DNA of 62,530 nt, filler included, from Catajapyx aquilonaris (GCA_000934665.2; 2 parts of 2 records of this genome joined end to end with filler, not necessarily neighbours in it); one strand, 5' to 3'; counted from the whole stretch's first letter, positions 26,459-40,375 are shown. The notes: generated by a model from the letters alone, not told the origin. A program made the numbers and translations.

Positions 26459-26758
26459 CATTTGGTCCAATTTTCATACTTCAGGAAATTCATATTTCCG
26501 TTCAACACCTACGCTTCACAACGAGAAAAGCCAAAGTCGGCTATCTTCAAATCTTCATCAGGGTCTGGGACTCTACGTCAATAGGTAAAGGAGCCTGATT
26601 TTGTTGAATTCCGCCAATCATGACATGTAGAAGCTCTTGATTGTGGCATGATCACAATAACAAATTTTCAGCTACACAACTCGTAACTGAAAAAGCAGCA
26701 TTATCTCGGAACGGGATTCCGCGAAGATAGCCACTTTTGGGGGCCGCCTCCTCATGTA

Positions 26759-27386
26759 CAGGGTGGCCGAAAAGTCCCGCATCGATGGGTAATACAATTT
26801 AAAAGATTGGAAAATCACGTGAGCGTGATTAGAGTAGACTTTTTCATGTTTACTGCTCTTGCCCCCACGTCAGTCACGGGACTGGGAGGGGGGAAATGGT
26901 GATCTGGGGGAGGGGGCGTTGCGGGGACTGGGAGGTCAGGGGGAAGGAGCGTATAGAGTGAACTCGGAACCCGAAAATCGAAAAAAGTCTTATAGCACGG
27001 CTCTGTCTGTCTGATACCTGTCCACAGACAGACAGAGCCATTCTATAAAGACTTTTTTCTTCGAAAAAGTCTAAAATAATTCCACGAGTAAAAGCTACAA
27101 CATATTATTTTCAATGTGGTTCCCACCGCTGTCAAAACATAACTGCAGGCCTTGTTTTCATGCTGTCAAGATCAGGGACACGCATCACCTGCATCAGCGT
27201 ATTGCTGCAGAGTGCTGCACCATATCGCCGGACATGGTGTCCCGCATTCTGCGGAACATGAAAACACGCCTACAGTTAGGTTTTGACATTGGTGGGAACC
27301 GCATTAAAATATATATTGTAGGTTTGACCCATGGAATTATTTCTTATTGTATTCACCCATTGATGCGGGACTTTACGGCCACCCTG
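26759..27386 (+). mobile_element. Non-autonomous Tc1/mariner-superfamily element retaining a transposase C-terminal fragment
   Basis: TIRs of about 40 bp, CAGGGTGGCCG(A/T)AAAGTCCCGCATC(G/A)ATGGGT, with TA on both flanks. About 27168-27310 encodes KIRDTHHLHQRIAAECCTISPDMVSRILRNMKTRLQLGFDIGGNRI, similar to the C-terminus of the 22171 element. An internal hairpin lies at about 26981-27058. Confidence 0.85.
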
Positions 27387-28475
27387 TACTATGCAGCTGA
27401 AAAAGATTGAGAAGATTTTGCATTGAAGCGAAATTCAATATCGTCTCAATATTTCTAAGTGATATAGTAAATAGAGTTATGTTCGAATTTTGTAAGAAAC
27501 GGTGCTGAAAGAGGAAGGCGCCTTACGAAATGGCTTCCGATAATTACGATATGATCGTCATTACGGCACTTGCTGTGGTCCAGCCACAAAAGCCCCCATT
27601 ATTAGGCACGAATGTATTGTGGTGGCTGGTTATATCAGCCGGGGGTGACAACCTGAAAAGGGGCGTGGAAATGGAGCAGATAATTAGCATCAGGAGAGAT
27701 AATTAGTACTAGCCACCTAGGGGGGTCCAGCCTGCTTTGAGACAATAAATGTTCCATTACATCTGGGAATGGTTTTTCCCTTCTGATCTATTCTAGAGAA
27801 GATGTCCTGACCCACGAATTGCGATAGTCCTCCGACCTAATAAAATGGTAATGACTCGTGCTGCATTTCACATGAAGGAAGCAGCCTTGCCCAACAATGT
27901 TTTGGTCCCTTAATTGAAATCCAATAGCATCGATGTGCCTCAGACTCTACAACGAATGGGCGCCCTGCATTCGAACAGCCTGAGAATGTACGGCCGTTGT
28001 TTGAAGACCCGTACCAGCCGCTGAACAATGCGACATAGTCCCACGGGGGCCACTGCTGATTCATGACGACAAATTCATCAGCAGGTCTAATGAGGCATTT
28101 CCGCCAGTTTATTGTAGGCCGAGCAGAGAACTCCAGCTCATTTAGCGATTACGTTATGGTGATAACTGGATCAATTTGGCAGCCGAACGACAATGATCTG
28201 GGAAGGGTCTGATGCTGCTATAAATTAACAGTTCATCATGTACTAGTCAGGCTTCATCAGATGTGCTGATGAACAATCTGGACACATATCATATTATACT
28301 TTGCATAATGCAATCCCTATTCTTAGTGGAATCATTAATAATACAGTATAAATGCATAAAAATATGTCATGCTCAGTACGTATCACTCATGTATAGGTCT
28401 GGATGTTGTGCTGTATAGCAAGATTCTTCACATGCTCCGTAGGAAGTTGCTCAGTTTAATGTGCACTTATAGGTA

Positions 28476-28635
28476 CAGTATTGGTCATATATCGAGGCAA
28501 CTGCCTGCGACATTTTCCGAAGCGGCAGAAGAAGGAATCGAAGATAAGCATGCTACAAGCCGGGCGAGCAAGATTCCTTCTTCTGCCGCTTCGGAAAATA
28601 TCGCTGGCGGTTGCCTCGATATATGACCAATACTG
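28476..28635. mobile_element. TA-flanked hairpin MITE, 160 bp (Tc1/mariner/pogo-type termini)
   Basis: 64-bp inverted arms starting CAGTATTGGTCATATATCGAGGC, with 3 mismatches and a 32-nt loop. TA on both flanks. Confidence 0.85.
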
Positions 28636-29562
28636 TACAACCAATCTAGGCAACTGTGCAGTTGGTTCTTGTGGTGGAACTTAAGCAAACTTATTTCCAT
28701 CCCATTTATTTGTAAAGAGTCTGTACTGTACAACACACCTGGGGACTCGGATGTACCCCGTAAGTAAGCTTTAGCTGCTAATGACAGGCTTACTTCAGCG
28801 TACAGGGACTGTCTATGGAGGTTGAAAAGAAGCTTCTCTGCCGGAAGTAGGCCGTTAGGGAAACATGCCTCTGGGAGCGTCCATTGGTTAAAATTATGTG
28901 CGCCTGTTAGCCAAAGTTTATTATGAGTTATGGACGCAAGGTGCAAACCACTCTTGAAACGCGATTGCACCGGAGGGCGTTATTTCATTATCAATACTGC
29001 TTTGGGGGAGTGTCGAAGTGCGTGATTGCAGATGTAGTTTTTTTTGCCGACCAAAATAATTTCTAATCGAACTTGGTGCGTAGTGTCAGAATGTTAAGTG
29101 GGTGTTGTGGGGCGCGCCTGCCAACCAAAATTGATAGGGTATATTTCCATTTTGGGAGGTTTTGAGAGTTCAAAAGAGGCGGTGTTTTAACGATGGATAA
29201 AATGTTTTTGGTGACCAAAAGCACGCTTGCTGCAGTATGGGTTCGTAGGCTACTTATATTGTTCGTGAGTAGGGACTGAAAACAGGAAAGATGGTTGCTG
29301 GGCTTCATGATGGAAAAGATGTGAAAGAACTCTAATGAGACGACCTCGTTCATGTCAAAAGCGCGTCTTTTGAGGATTTTGTATAAAAAAGGAAAATCCG
29401 GAACAAAGAATTGCCGTTTTTTTCTTTCATCGGTTGCATTTATAGGATGTCTGGCCAGGAGCAGTTTGCCTCGCTGAACCTGAATTAAAAGAAAATACTA
29501 TCTGATTGAATAACGCCCACTGTGGCAATACATCGTGACAAAAAATATTCTCTTTATATCTA

Positions 29563-29975
29563 CACTGTAAACCGCAAAACATTAAAATAGCATCACTGGT
29601 GAGTCTCGCATGGATCATCAATTTTTTGATGCTCTTCTAATGCTCTGCCAATGCTCTTGTGATGCTTTTTAGCAACAAAAAAGCATCACAGGAGCATCAC
29701 AAGAGCATTCGTAGAGCATTAGAATAGCGTTAAAAATTGATGTTCCATGAGAGACTCACCAGTGATGCTCATTTAGGGCTGCAAAATGAACGCCCGCCTG
29801 GAAAGTTGCAGCCGCAAAAGTGTTTACGTTACCTTGGTTACCTGCGGTTTGCGGGAGGGAGCGAAAACGAACACCCTTGCAGGTTGCAAGTCGGCCTGCA
29901 GATTGCAGACTTGCAGCCACAAGTTGCAGGCAGGTTGAGGGGTCCCGCAAGTGACTTGCAGTCGGGTTTGTAGTG
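29563..29975. mobile_element. CACT-type composite element: palindrome 29589-29769 plus a TTGCAG-rich half
   Basis: Starts CACTGTAAACC after TA. Arms of about 77 bp (29589-29666 / 29693-29769) are built from ATGCTCT subrepeats. Many TTGCAG/CTGCAA motifs follow, ending GGTTTGTAGTG (reverse complement CACTACAAACC). Confidence 0.6.
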
Positions 29976-30079
29976 GGGAAATCTTCACTTGGACACTATA
30001 CTGATCACTTTTGGTCCGGGTACATTTTCGGCGGGAGAGTTCTGAGAGACCACGGAAGTGTCTTCGAACGCCCCACGTA

Positions 30080-30164
30080 GATTCTTCGTCGTGGGGTACC
30101 TTTATTGCGACGGTATACCAAATTTGATGATAAGAAAAGTGACCCACGAACTTGCAACACCCTG
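30080..30164. mobile_element. Solo right end of a CAGGGTG-family MITE
   Basis: CCCACGAACTTGCAACACCCTG then TA resembles the terminus at 30422-30443. The left boundary is approximate. Confidence 0.5.
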
Positions 30165-30720
30165 TATAACTAATGTAATGTAATAGTATGGCTGATATAA
30201 CCAATATAGCTAGTATGATTGCTTTATTGGTTATAGCCAGTATGATGGATACACAGGGTGTTCGAAATTCGTGGTCGTTTTTATATTAGTTATTATTTGT
30301 AGCTTGTTGTGCCCCTAACCAGATGGCCCATTCTATAGCAACTCGACCCCCTGTGAGTAAAATGGAGAACAAATAGCCACAAAAATAACTACTATTGGAT
30401 GATATCAGTTATAAAAACCTACCCACGAATTTCGATCACCCTGTATAACCAATAAACCTGTATGACAATATAACTGAGTTATATTGGTTATTATTGTAGT
30501 TGTATGTTAAGCACATTGGTTATAACTTGTATGATGTAACCAATGTAACCAGTATGCAGTATGTCTGATATAACCATTATAACAACAGTAGTATGACAGT
30601 TATATTAGTTATATGACTAACATAGCCAATGTAACTATGGTAGTATGATAGTAATATATTGGTAATAACTAGTATGTGTGATGTAACCAATATAACTACT
30701 ATGGAATAACTGATATCACA
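30165..30720. repeat. Degenerate AT-rich minisatellite (TATAACCAAT...AGTATG units in both orientations)
   Basis: Recurrent TAACCAAT, ATTGGTTA and TAGTATG motifs; interrupted by the 30254-30443 MITE. Confidence 0.6.
30254..30443. mobile_element. CAGGGTG-family (Tc1/mariner-type) MITE, 190 bp
   Basis: TIR CAGGGTGTTCGAAATTCGTGG / CCACGAATTTCGATCACCCTG, with TA on the right flank. Confidence 0.75.
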
Positions 30721-31073
30721 ATGCAGTTTCGCACCAAATGTCAGGCAAAAAAAATCTGGGGCTTGTTCCTATCAGTTATTATAGCTACCTCTAAATACAC
30801 TGTCTGCCAAAATAGCCGCGTTCAAACTCGCAGCCCGGGTCTGAATAATCCCATATTGTTATAACTTGGTGGGACCAAATTTTATCAAAATATTGTGCTT
30901 TATCTTTGACTGGACGACTGACAATGGATGACGATGAAAAATTGTGACCATGTACATTATTGGGCTGTCATTGGATGGCGGCTCTGGACCATAATATATT
31001 CTGTGATAATTATATGAAAGATATATGTGATGATGATGATGATGGTAGTGGTGGTGTTACACTGAACACCTAT

Positions 31074-31173
31074 NNNNNNNNNNNNNNNNNNNNNNNNNNN
31101 NNNNNNNNNNNNNNNNNTTAATTAATTAANNNNNNNNNNNNNNNNNNNNNNNNNNNNNNNNNNNNNNNNNNNN
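31074..31173. other. 100-nt assembly gap with an artificial six-frame-stop linker
   Basis: 44 N + TTAATTAATTAA (31118-31129) + 44 N. Confidence 0.97.
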
Positions 31174-34100
31174 ACGTTGAACTTGGCGGTATTTCAGATC
31201 TCACCACTTTTGACGGCCAAGCAGTCAGGAGAACTTGGCCTTTTTTTTACAGAAAGGTTTTTGGTGGGATATTTATTTCTGGAATACGCAGGGCGACAAA
31301 ATATGCAAGTGGTGTTGCCTGATACAGACGCTTATCCATACCGCAATAATAACGGGGCTATTTAGTTTGCATTATGTCGGCAGACACAAGGAGTTAATTG
31401 CATTTCACAATGTGCATGACCCAGTTCTATCTGCATGGAACATCCCGGAGCCCCGTCATATCTATTTATCATGCACGCACGTAAACCTAATCCTCCTTTG
31501 TTATGCCGAAAGTTCGGGTTACCTGCATGCCAAGCGTATTTGCAGTTCTGATAAATCGTCATAATTAACTTATGGGCACTGTATATGTTTCGGTCATGAC
31601 CAGCATGGCAGGCGTTGGGATTAATTACTCCACCTACACTACGATGAAAAAGTTGTTCTCGTGATAATTACACGTAACATATAACGAGTCCTGCGTGTGT
31701 CCGTAGAAAAATTGCACCACAATACAGTTGTGTCAAAGCACCCCGCAGCTTGTCGGCATTAACTGTGAACATTGCAGCATTTTATCACGTTGCAAACTAG
31801 CAAAAAATGGCACGTGTGATTTGTTTCAACTTCAAAAAGGGCAGCATAATAGCTCGTTCAAATATGGCGAAAATCTGGCAATGAAGAGCATCGCTGATGT
31901 TCATGAACTTTGAGAGTGCTGCATTTTGGGTAGGACTCACTGCAATAAGTCAAGTGGACCACCGACCACGTTACTCCAACCAGAGGAAAACAAGTAAAAA
32001 TTTTAGCCGTCGGAGCCATCCTGTCACGAAACAAAAAAAAAATGTTGGGGACAGTCGGCAACAGGGTTTTAGTGTGACCACGAAGCATTAGAGATGCTGG
32101 ACTAGAGGAGCGCTAAACGGATTTAGCAGCTGGGAGGGGGTAGGTAGGATTGCAGGGGGGGAAAGAATCCCTGACTGCAGCAAAAGCCTTGCTAGTCCCT
32201 GGTGGACTAGAAGCGCAGATCAAGGGTACAGGAGAGAGGAACAGCTTCATTCATTATGGAGGATGTTTTCCTGTCTACTCCTTCACTGGCAACGACGGAC
32301 TTGTCCCAACTACTTCCACAAACTTAAATCTGATGCTGGAATTGGTCAATGTTTCCGAACTTCTTTCTACGAACATCCATCATTAAAATTTCACAATGTA
32401 GGAGAATATTGTCGAAATCATGATAAAACACAAGGCATACGTTATAACAATGCAGTGCAGAGCAGAGTGTATTTTCGGCACATTTTTTATCATGATGTAT
32501 TCCTTCTAGCGCATTGCATTATTCATCATTCCGCTCAGATTGGCAGGGGCAACAGGGATTTTTCTTTGTCTGCAAAAGTCTTGAAACATTGCCAAAGCAG
32601 CCAATTTCTTGGAGAGAGAAAAAATCGAAGACGTAATGTGGCTACGGAAGTTGGTAACGTTCCGCTTTACATGTCAGATGGGTTATTTCAAAAGTGACAG
32701 CTGCGTCAACAAGTCGTCACTAAAAAACACATCTCCAAGTTACTCGCTGACAATATTGCAGAGTAGGTAAAGCTTCCGTGTTTATCCTAGAGTGAATTCA
32801 ATGTTACTGCAAGAAGACATGGAATGTGTTTTTTATTGCAGAAAACACTTGAAGGAGATGCAACAATCACTTCACTTACTGCCGAAATTTTACAAGATAT
32901 TATTTTTCTCCACGTGGCTTTTGTATAATGAAGAAAACTATCTCCTGTCCCTCAATTTTCACTTGAACCTTCGTCACAGAGCTCCAATCATGTCATATCA
33001 CTCCTGGTGACGCTAACGACGTAATTAATTCCCCACTAGTGGGCGATCACTGCGACGCCAAAAAAACGCACCGTTATTTACTGTCTGCTTGATTGTATGT
33101 CCCCCGCAATAATTACACGCGGCGCCAAAATCCTGTCAATAATGGCTCAATTAATGCGCCGAAATGGGTTCCATGCCGCTTGGCTTGCTAAATCCCTACC
33201 CGTATATATACATACATGGAAAAAAAAAGAAAAGCCTTACTCTGAAAATTTTGCGTCCAAACCCAAATCCACCTCCATTTTGGGCAAATTTTACCACCAG
33301 TAGCATTGCAGAAGACTACAAAAAAAAATTGCGGAGAGTTATCTCCTCAGTTGTGATGTTGGACGGAGTGGAAGAGAAGTTGCGGAGTCTGGATTAAAGG
33401 ATCCGCAAACTTGTGTAAAAATGGAGACCTCCGGGTCGATAATTGTTATTGGACCTGTGCTGCTGCGACGAGGGGGAAAACTCTGGCTAAAAAGATATTG
33501 TTTTACAGAGGAAAATGTTTTGCTGCGTCTGGCAGCCTGGGTGTTCTTGTGTCAACTTCGTGCAACATGTATTGCTGCGAATTGCGATTCCGAAGCAGCC
33601 CCCCCAGTTGGATATTTAATTTTCATGAATCCTGGGGAGTGGGAAAAGCTTAATAACACCTTCGTGACAAGGGATAGCTATTATCGTTCGCATTGAACCA
33701 TTGTGAGGACGTTTGTAAATAACAATGGGACTCGTTTGGGGGCGGTTGACCAAACAACCGCGGATGTCAACGGTGTTGATCAAAGTCAACGCGTGTCACT
33801 TGGAAATGCCTCTGTGAATTAGTTACTCGTTTCCAGGAATACAAGTTCCTACTCTCTTGACTGTTAATTTTCCTTAATTTAATTACATTTGACACTGTGC
33901 TCAAGCATATAAAACCAGCAACTTCTTTATCCTTTAACCTTTACAAATTAGCAAGACTAAAGCAGCATATTTATTGTTTCCAACAGAACACCCAAAAAAA
34001 ACTGCCCATGCGATCTAGTGAGCTTAGTCGAAATAGGATTTTCATCCTCCAAAATGGGAATGCACTACTGCGGAAGTCGAGCAATATTTTAGAAATGTTT

Positions 34101-37100
34101 TCATTAGTACCCACAAGGCTTTAAGACTAACAATTAAAATAAATGGTCCCACACATTTAACGCAGCTTTTTCTTTCATGCAACCGCGTAGTTTTAATCGC
34201 ACTGTTCTATCAAGCACTGTAAATTTAAAGCTCCGCTAAATCGCGCTCTTGCATTTTAAAGGTTTTTAGGACTACATTTTGCATTGAATTCAGGATATAT
34301 TTCGATATTTTGATACTCATCCAACTGGGGTGCAATAAATAATACATATTCTCAAAATAAATGCAAAAGTAGGTGTTATCTGCACATAATTGCAATTTCA
34401 CAGGTATTAGCGCCATTCAGGCAGAAATATGCGAAAGAGTGATAGCTTTGCAAATTAAACCGATGCCATTTTTTCCCCACAGGAACCGGCGCCAAAACGG
34501 ATATTTCCTCCCGGCAATTCATCACCCGGAGAATGTGAACACATCCAATGAACATGTCACAAGAGCCACGCATGTAACCCAACCTCCTCCTTGTAACCCA
34601 GTCTCTCACACACATTACTTTACACCCGGGAATATACCCCCCGCCATCAGAAATTCAATACACTATTAATGAAGTCAATATCGTCGTCCAGTTCCTTTGA
34701 GCCTCATTTTATCCCCCCCCCCCCTTCGCATCGGATCGATCATCCGAATCCAGGTAAACATGAAGATTCACACCTACTGGCTTGTGACCTCATAAAAAAG
34801 CAATCAAGAGCATTTCCCCCCNCCATCTCCCCAGGTGGGAGTTGCCAACACGGAAAATTGCAGCCTCCCAGCTCATTTGTCACCTTAATGCCTCCCCTAC
34901 TCCAATCCCCACCACCCAACTCCTTGAGCTCAGCCAAAAGAGGCTCTTGTACTATTTTACACAAAAATCTAAAATTCGGTTCAACAGGTGCTATCCCAAA
35001 CGTAATGAGAGAATCGGAGAGAATATTCCGTATTGATTTGAATTTTTTTTGCAGTGAATCGGAGAAATGTCAGCGCAGTGCATTACTCATAATTCCGGGA
35101 GATCCTTTGCCAATTTTTTTTGCGCTTAGCCGGATCAATATTACATTTTTCTTAGAATTATGAAGCTTGCCAACTTTGATCGTATTTCCAACCTGTCACT
35201 CCATGTTTGTCAATATATGTCTTCTCTGGAGTTTTTGCCAGTTCAAGAAACTGGTTGCAAAAATTTGGCAATACATAGTCCCATTATGTGCTGAGTCCGC
35301 ATGTGCAACTGTACTCATTGAGAAAAGCGTCGTGGCAGCATCCCAGAGGTCATAATCCGCCACTCCTGACCTCCTTTTTTTAAATCTCTGAACCACCGAA
35401 AAAATCCGGTGGGGTCGACAGTGTACCCCTAAAAATTGTTGCGATTCTGCCAGCTTCTATTAATATGTGGCGACAAGTCCTGCAGGGCAAGGTTGGAATT
35501 ACCAACCCGACCGTTGACGACGACCGTCCCCGAATAATCGTGACAGACGAGGTCACCCGGCGACCTTGTGTTTCCGGAACATCCGGATAGCTTTTTGCTG
35601 GCACCCAGTTTCACTTCCGCGGAATATAATAGCCCACACCTGTCGCACTATTTTTTGTAGAGCGTTTCAAGGGAGGAAAACAGCTATCTAGGCGTTGTAT
35701 TATTAAAGAGATGGAGATGGCTAGAGCGGTGTGTGCCCCCATATATTATTCAAAGTTTGGTGGGGCCACCATGTGGTCAAATAGGTGGCTGGGGGTGCTA
35801 AAACTTCCCTCCGAATTGTGTAGAACAAGGTGCGGCATAGGTTTTGTACTACAGACAAACACCGACGGTCCGGAAGACAAACTTCCAACGGTTGAGCAAA
35901 TAGTGTGTCCGCTTGGCTTAATTGCTATCTGAAATACGGCCGAAAGTGTATATGCTCGGTTGAGGTCTTGTAAACTTTGGGGAGAAAGTTCAACCACCAG
36001 GAACAACAATGCTGCATTATTCAGATGTGTGGTTGGATGAAAAAAATAAATTAAATTGCTCGGATTGGCCATGTTGTATTATTAATTCAAACAGGTTTGC
36101 ACTGCACTGATTTAAAAACTCGCTCCACCTTGTAAGGAAACGCTGCATTTAAAATGCACGGTGTTATTGCATGTATTAAAAATTAATTTTAACAACCGGT
36201 AATTTGTGGCAATACACTCCACCAATTCACTGCTTACGTGCTCCACACACAGCTATTAATTATATGAATTATTCAATCCGGCCAAAATTAACCTCCTAAC
36301 AAGCCAACCAAGACTGATCACAGTTGACAGAAATTGTAAAGAATTCAACAACATCCAGGTGCATTTCTGCGCATCCAGCAAACTTTGGGAGAATGTTTTC
36401 GCCAATTCCAGCTCCGGTCGCGACAAACACAGAAAGACGACAGTCCCCCAGATTGGCAGCCCCATTTGTCTCATTCAATCCTCGTGACATCAACCTGCTG
36501 GAACGAGTCGAACTTCCTTGAACTGACGAGGAATCCGGATGTTCCTTCCAAAATTTACGCCCCCTTCAAGTGTCGATTCTTGTCACCCGATTGCGGACCC
36601 ACCAAAAAAAAAGAGGTGTGAAGAGGCAACCTCAACCCTCAGAAAATAACCCCTTAAATCGTGTGACGTCAGGAGAATAACGGTTATGCTTCTGAGTTTC
36701 GTTAGAAGTAGGGGCGTCGGCAGCGTCGCGGCGGCCGTAAAGCCACGTCGGTAATTGCCAAGGCGCTTTTATGGCATACTACTATACCCGACTATACCAC
36801 CCCAAGAAAAACCTTTATGATGGTAGAGAGGGGCTGTTTGCTTTACAACTCTGCCAAATTGAGGTGGGTGGTGGGATAGTTGCGGACAATAGTTTTTTTT
36901 TTTTGCATTTTGTTTCCCATCAATTGCTTCCATTTTGCCTGATTTCCATTTGGATTCAATCAGCAATAACGAGGCTGGGCCTCGAATGAGTTTTAATATG
37001 GGGGAATCGATGCGTTTCGCGGAAAGTTCATGATTGCTTCGGTTCGAGAAAGGGAAGAAATAATTACTGAATGGCTGGAGTCAAAAGCTTTATGACAATG

Positions 37101-40100
37101 TTCGATTTGGGGGGAGATGGGGCTTGTTTTGTACGGGATCCCGGCAGATATTTTCATCAATTTTGGATGGAGGTGAATGGGAACTATTGTGCGGATACAA
37201 TAACAGGCGGTTCCGACTGGATATCTGCGTATTGTGTTATTCCGTTTTAAAAGGGTAAACAAGGTGAAAATCATTATTTAAAAAGCAACGACTGCAGAGC
37301 ATATTGACATGTGCTGCACCAAAATCAATTGAACGGTAATTATGCATATAAATCAAGTAATTGCAGTATTAATGTATAATCTCATAATTTCCAACTAATG
37401 TTTGGATCGTGTAATAAGCAACCCCAACAGGCCAACATGCTAACCCCCTCTGAGCGTGACCTCTCAGCGGTCACCATGGCCACTGGACACATACTCACAC
37501 AACCCCCTGTACACTCCTGCCCAAAAATCAAACCGTGTTCTCTCCCCCTCCCACAATAAGTATCGGCCATCGTGCTCTCTATTACACACACGTGACACGG
37601 AAGACTGAATCACCCTCCGATCACCTTCGTGACACAGAAAACGCGAGAGTATAGCACAAGAGAGCGATTGCTTCCAAAAGGGGTGGGTCTCATACCCAAC
37701 GGGGGCGGCCCCTGTTATTAAGCAGTCATGACACACGCAGACATGAAAAGGGGAGTTAGGTGTACCCAAAAAAGACTGCAGAATTTTTTGGGAGACCCCC
37801 CCTACCTCCCATTGTGGCAGGTTCTAGGAATGCGGCATGGCTTAATCCGTCAGCCCAAACTTTTGACGTTCACGATATAGCAGGTCTCTCTGTCTTTAAG
37901 GGATAATTTGGGCCCGATTGGGGAGGGGCCATATCCATTTACAACCCGATCGAGTGGTGGCCAGGCACTAACGTGTCATTACCTGCATGGCGATGCTAAA
38001 TCATATATAGAGAGGATACCGCATATCTGGTCATGTTTGTAAAATGTCACGATGTAACATTAAAGTTAATTACACCGGGCAGTATTCTGTTTGAGGGTGG
38101 TTTATTCCCCACTCGAATTAGTTAATGTCTTTGGATCATACATCAGTTGCACCATTAATCTGCATGATTTAGTGAAAATAACTGACAAGGTTCTGTGACT
38201 TTTCCTATGTGACTTTATAATATGAAGTGTTGACCAGTGCACCACCATGTCGACGGATCCTATTACTGCGGCTGTGTTGACTGTTCCGCACACTTTTATC
38301 TCCCGGTGCAGTTGAACTACCCCGGCAGTTAAAACTTAATCGATAAGGTCTCCTTCATCAAAAAATAATGTGACATGCCACGGCCTCTCCTCCGGAAGTT
38401 CAATCGCTGAGCCGACAAAAGACCAGAAGAAATTAAGGCCCAACCGATATACCGCGCGACAAATCACAAATTGAGCCGATAACTATATAGGTTTGAGTCC
38501 CCGTCGGACAGACGGCAGCACCGGCACTGTATATATAGTTCCTGTTTCATCTGTACGCCCAGTCCCTTCATTTGTCTCCCAGACAGCGGCTCATCAGGCT
38601 TGAAAATAACAAATGAAGAGACGCTAACAACGCAATCGGCCCAAATTAAACTTCCAACATTGGGGAGAGAAAAGCGACGCTGCTGCCCTCTCTCCAGTAC
38701 GTGGAACGAAAGATTCCTGCGCGTAACTCAACCGGACTGTTTCGCATCCTTTTTCCGCCATATGCCGTGCCATTAATGGCAAATGGCGCACTTTGGATGC
38801 GAATTTACTGCGGCGGAAATGATGTTGTGTCCCCCCATCATATTTCATGAAGTGGGAGGTGGGCCACCATTTTATGTCCGATGACACTGAACACGTTTTA
38901 ATATTCCCAATTATATGGCCTATTTTTTGTATGCTGGACAGGAGAGAGGCCACCAGGTGTGATCATGGTATTTTACGAACATTGAAACGGTTCAATTAGC
39001 GTATATAATAATGGTCATCAGCAACACAGATAAGCGGCAGGTTCAATGATTGAAGAGTGTGCCTTTTGTGGTTATTCTGCTGATTAATATGGAATGTCAA
39101 TTATTATCACCTCCTGAAGGTTGAATAGAAGCATACTATTCAATTAGAACCTAACTATTAAAAATTATAGGGCAGAAATAACTGGAACAGACGGTGTGCG
39201 TCGCATATTGCTAGCATTGACCATGAAAATAACTGCATGGTAAACACAGTGATTTTTACGACTCCGTACGCGGTTTTCCTAACATTGGACAGCCCTGAAA
39301 TCGCGTATCGCCTTTGGCTCGGTTCTCAAGGCAACAAGCATGCAAAAGGCAACAATACCCCAGGTAAATGGTCCGTGAAAGCGGAAATAACGTCTCCGAG
39401 TCTTAGCTATTAAAATAAAGTGTCTATCAGGGTTTAGGAGAAATCAATGGCTTTCCCGGACCCCGTGTGCTCTTAGCTCGCTGTCTTATCTCCTTTCGCT
39501 TTTCCTCGGCTCCTATACATGCTCAAGAGTTTGCTCCTGAGGGGGGATTCTGCGATGGCTCATCTTTTCCCATATCGAGCTCCCCCCATCCTTGAATACT
39601 ATAGGAATTAAAAAATGTGAGGAGGGGAGTAAAAATGAGGCAACTCTTCCTGCCAGGGCCCATGAAAAATGGCTCCTGATGGCGCACCAGAATTACCATT
39701 TCGTATTGGTTAATAACACCTAGTTGTTGGAAAAGCTGTTCCTCGTGAATGAAAATGAATGGAGCCGCGGTTTGGCACCAGGCTGGCCCTGCCTGTCATC
39801 TCCAGACTTGTTGCCAATCTGAGGATCTGTTGTCGGTTTTTAAAAATTGTCTGAACCAATTGCGTCCTGAAGCCTATTGCCCCGAGTCGGCCACAGGGCT
39901 CTATTTCTAGTCAAGGACCGCCAAACCAACCTCTCGGCGTCATGCCCGGAAATACCGTCGGCCTATTTGCTTTTACGGAGCCTAAGCAAAAATGGGTGCC
40001 AGCACGTGCCATTAATTGGGCCTCCCAGGTATTAAGTTAATTTGGCTCAGTGCCTAATCAAGACATTTCCGGAGCGGGTGTAGGCGAATCCTGCTTCTCA

Positions 40101-40375
40101 AGGCGCAGTGTTGGGTGTACATATGTCTGCCCTTTGAAAAACGTACTTGTGAGATTAATGGGGGTACGCGTAATTAAACTTTCAACACCACTCGAGTGCC
40201 ACTTCATTGCAAGGTAACATGCTGGTCACGAATTCCTGCCAGTAACCATCAGGGTCAGGTGTCTAACAAGAGCTGTATAGTAGTACGAAATGTGCGTTTG
40301 AAAGTTCTGACCAATGGATATGTGTGGTGTAATAAACAACGGCATGATTAGAATAAAAATACTGCGCCTACCGCA

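Noticed and set aside
28369..28970. Overlapping ORFs sharing the peptide SIGHISRQ..FSEAAEEGI on both strands
   Set aside because: Artefact of translating the palindromic MITE at 28476-28635.
29589..30720. CRISPR-like or other prokaryotic repeat array
   Set aside because: Repeats are degenerate and inverted, with no constant repeat-spacer periodicity and no cas genes; the context is eukaryotic.
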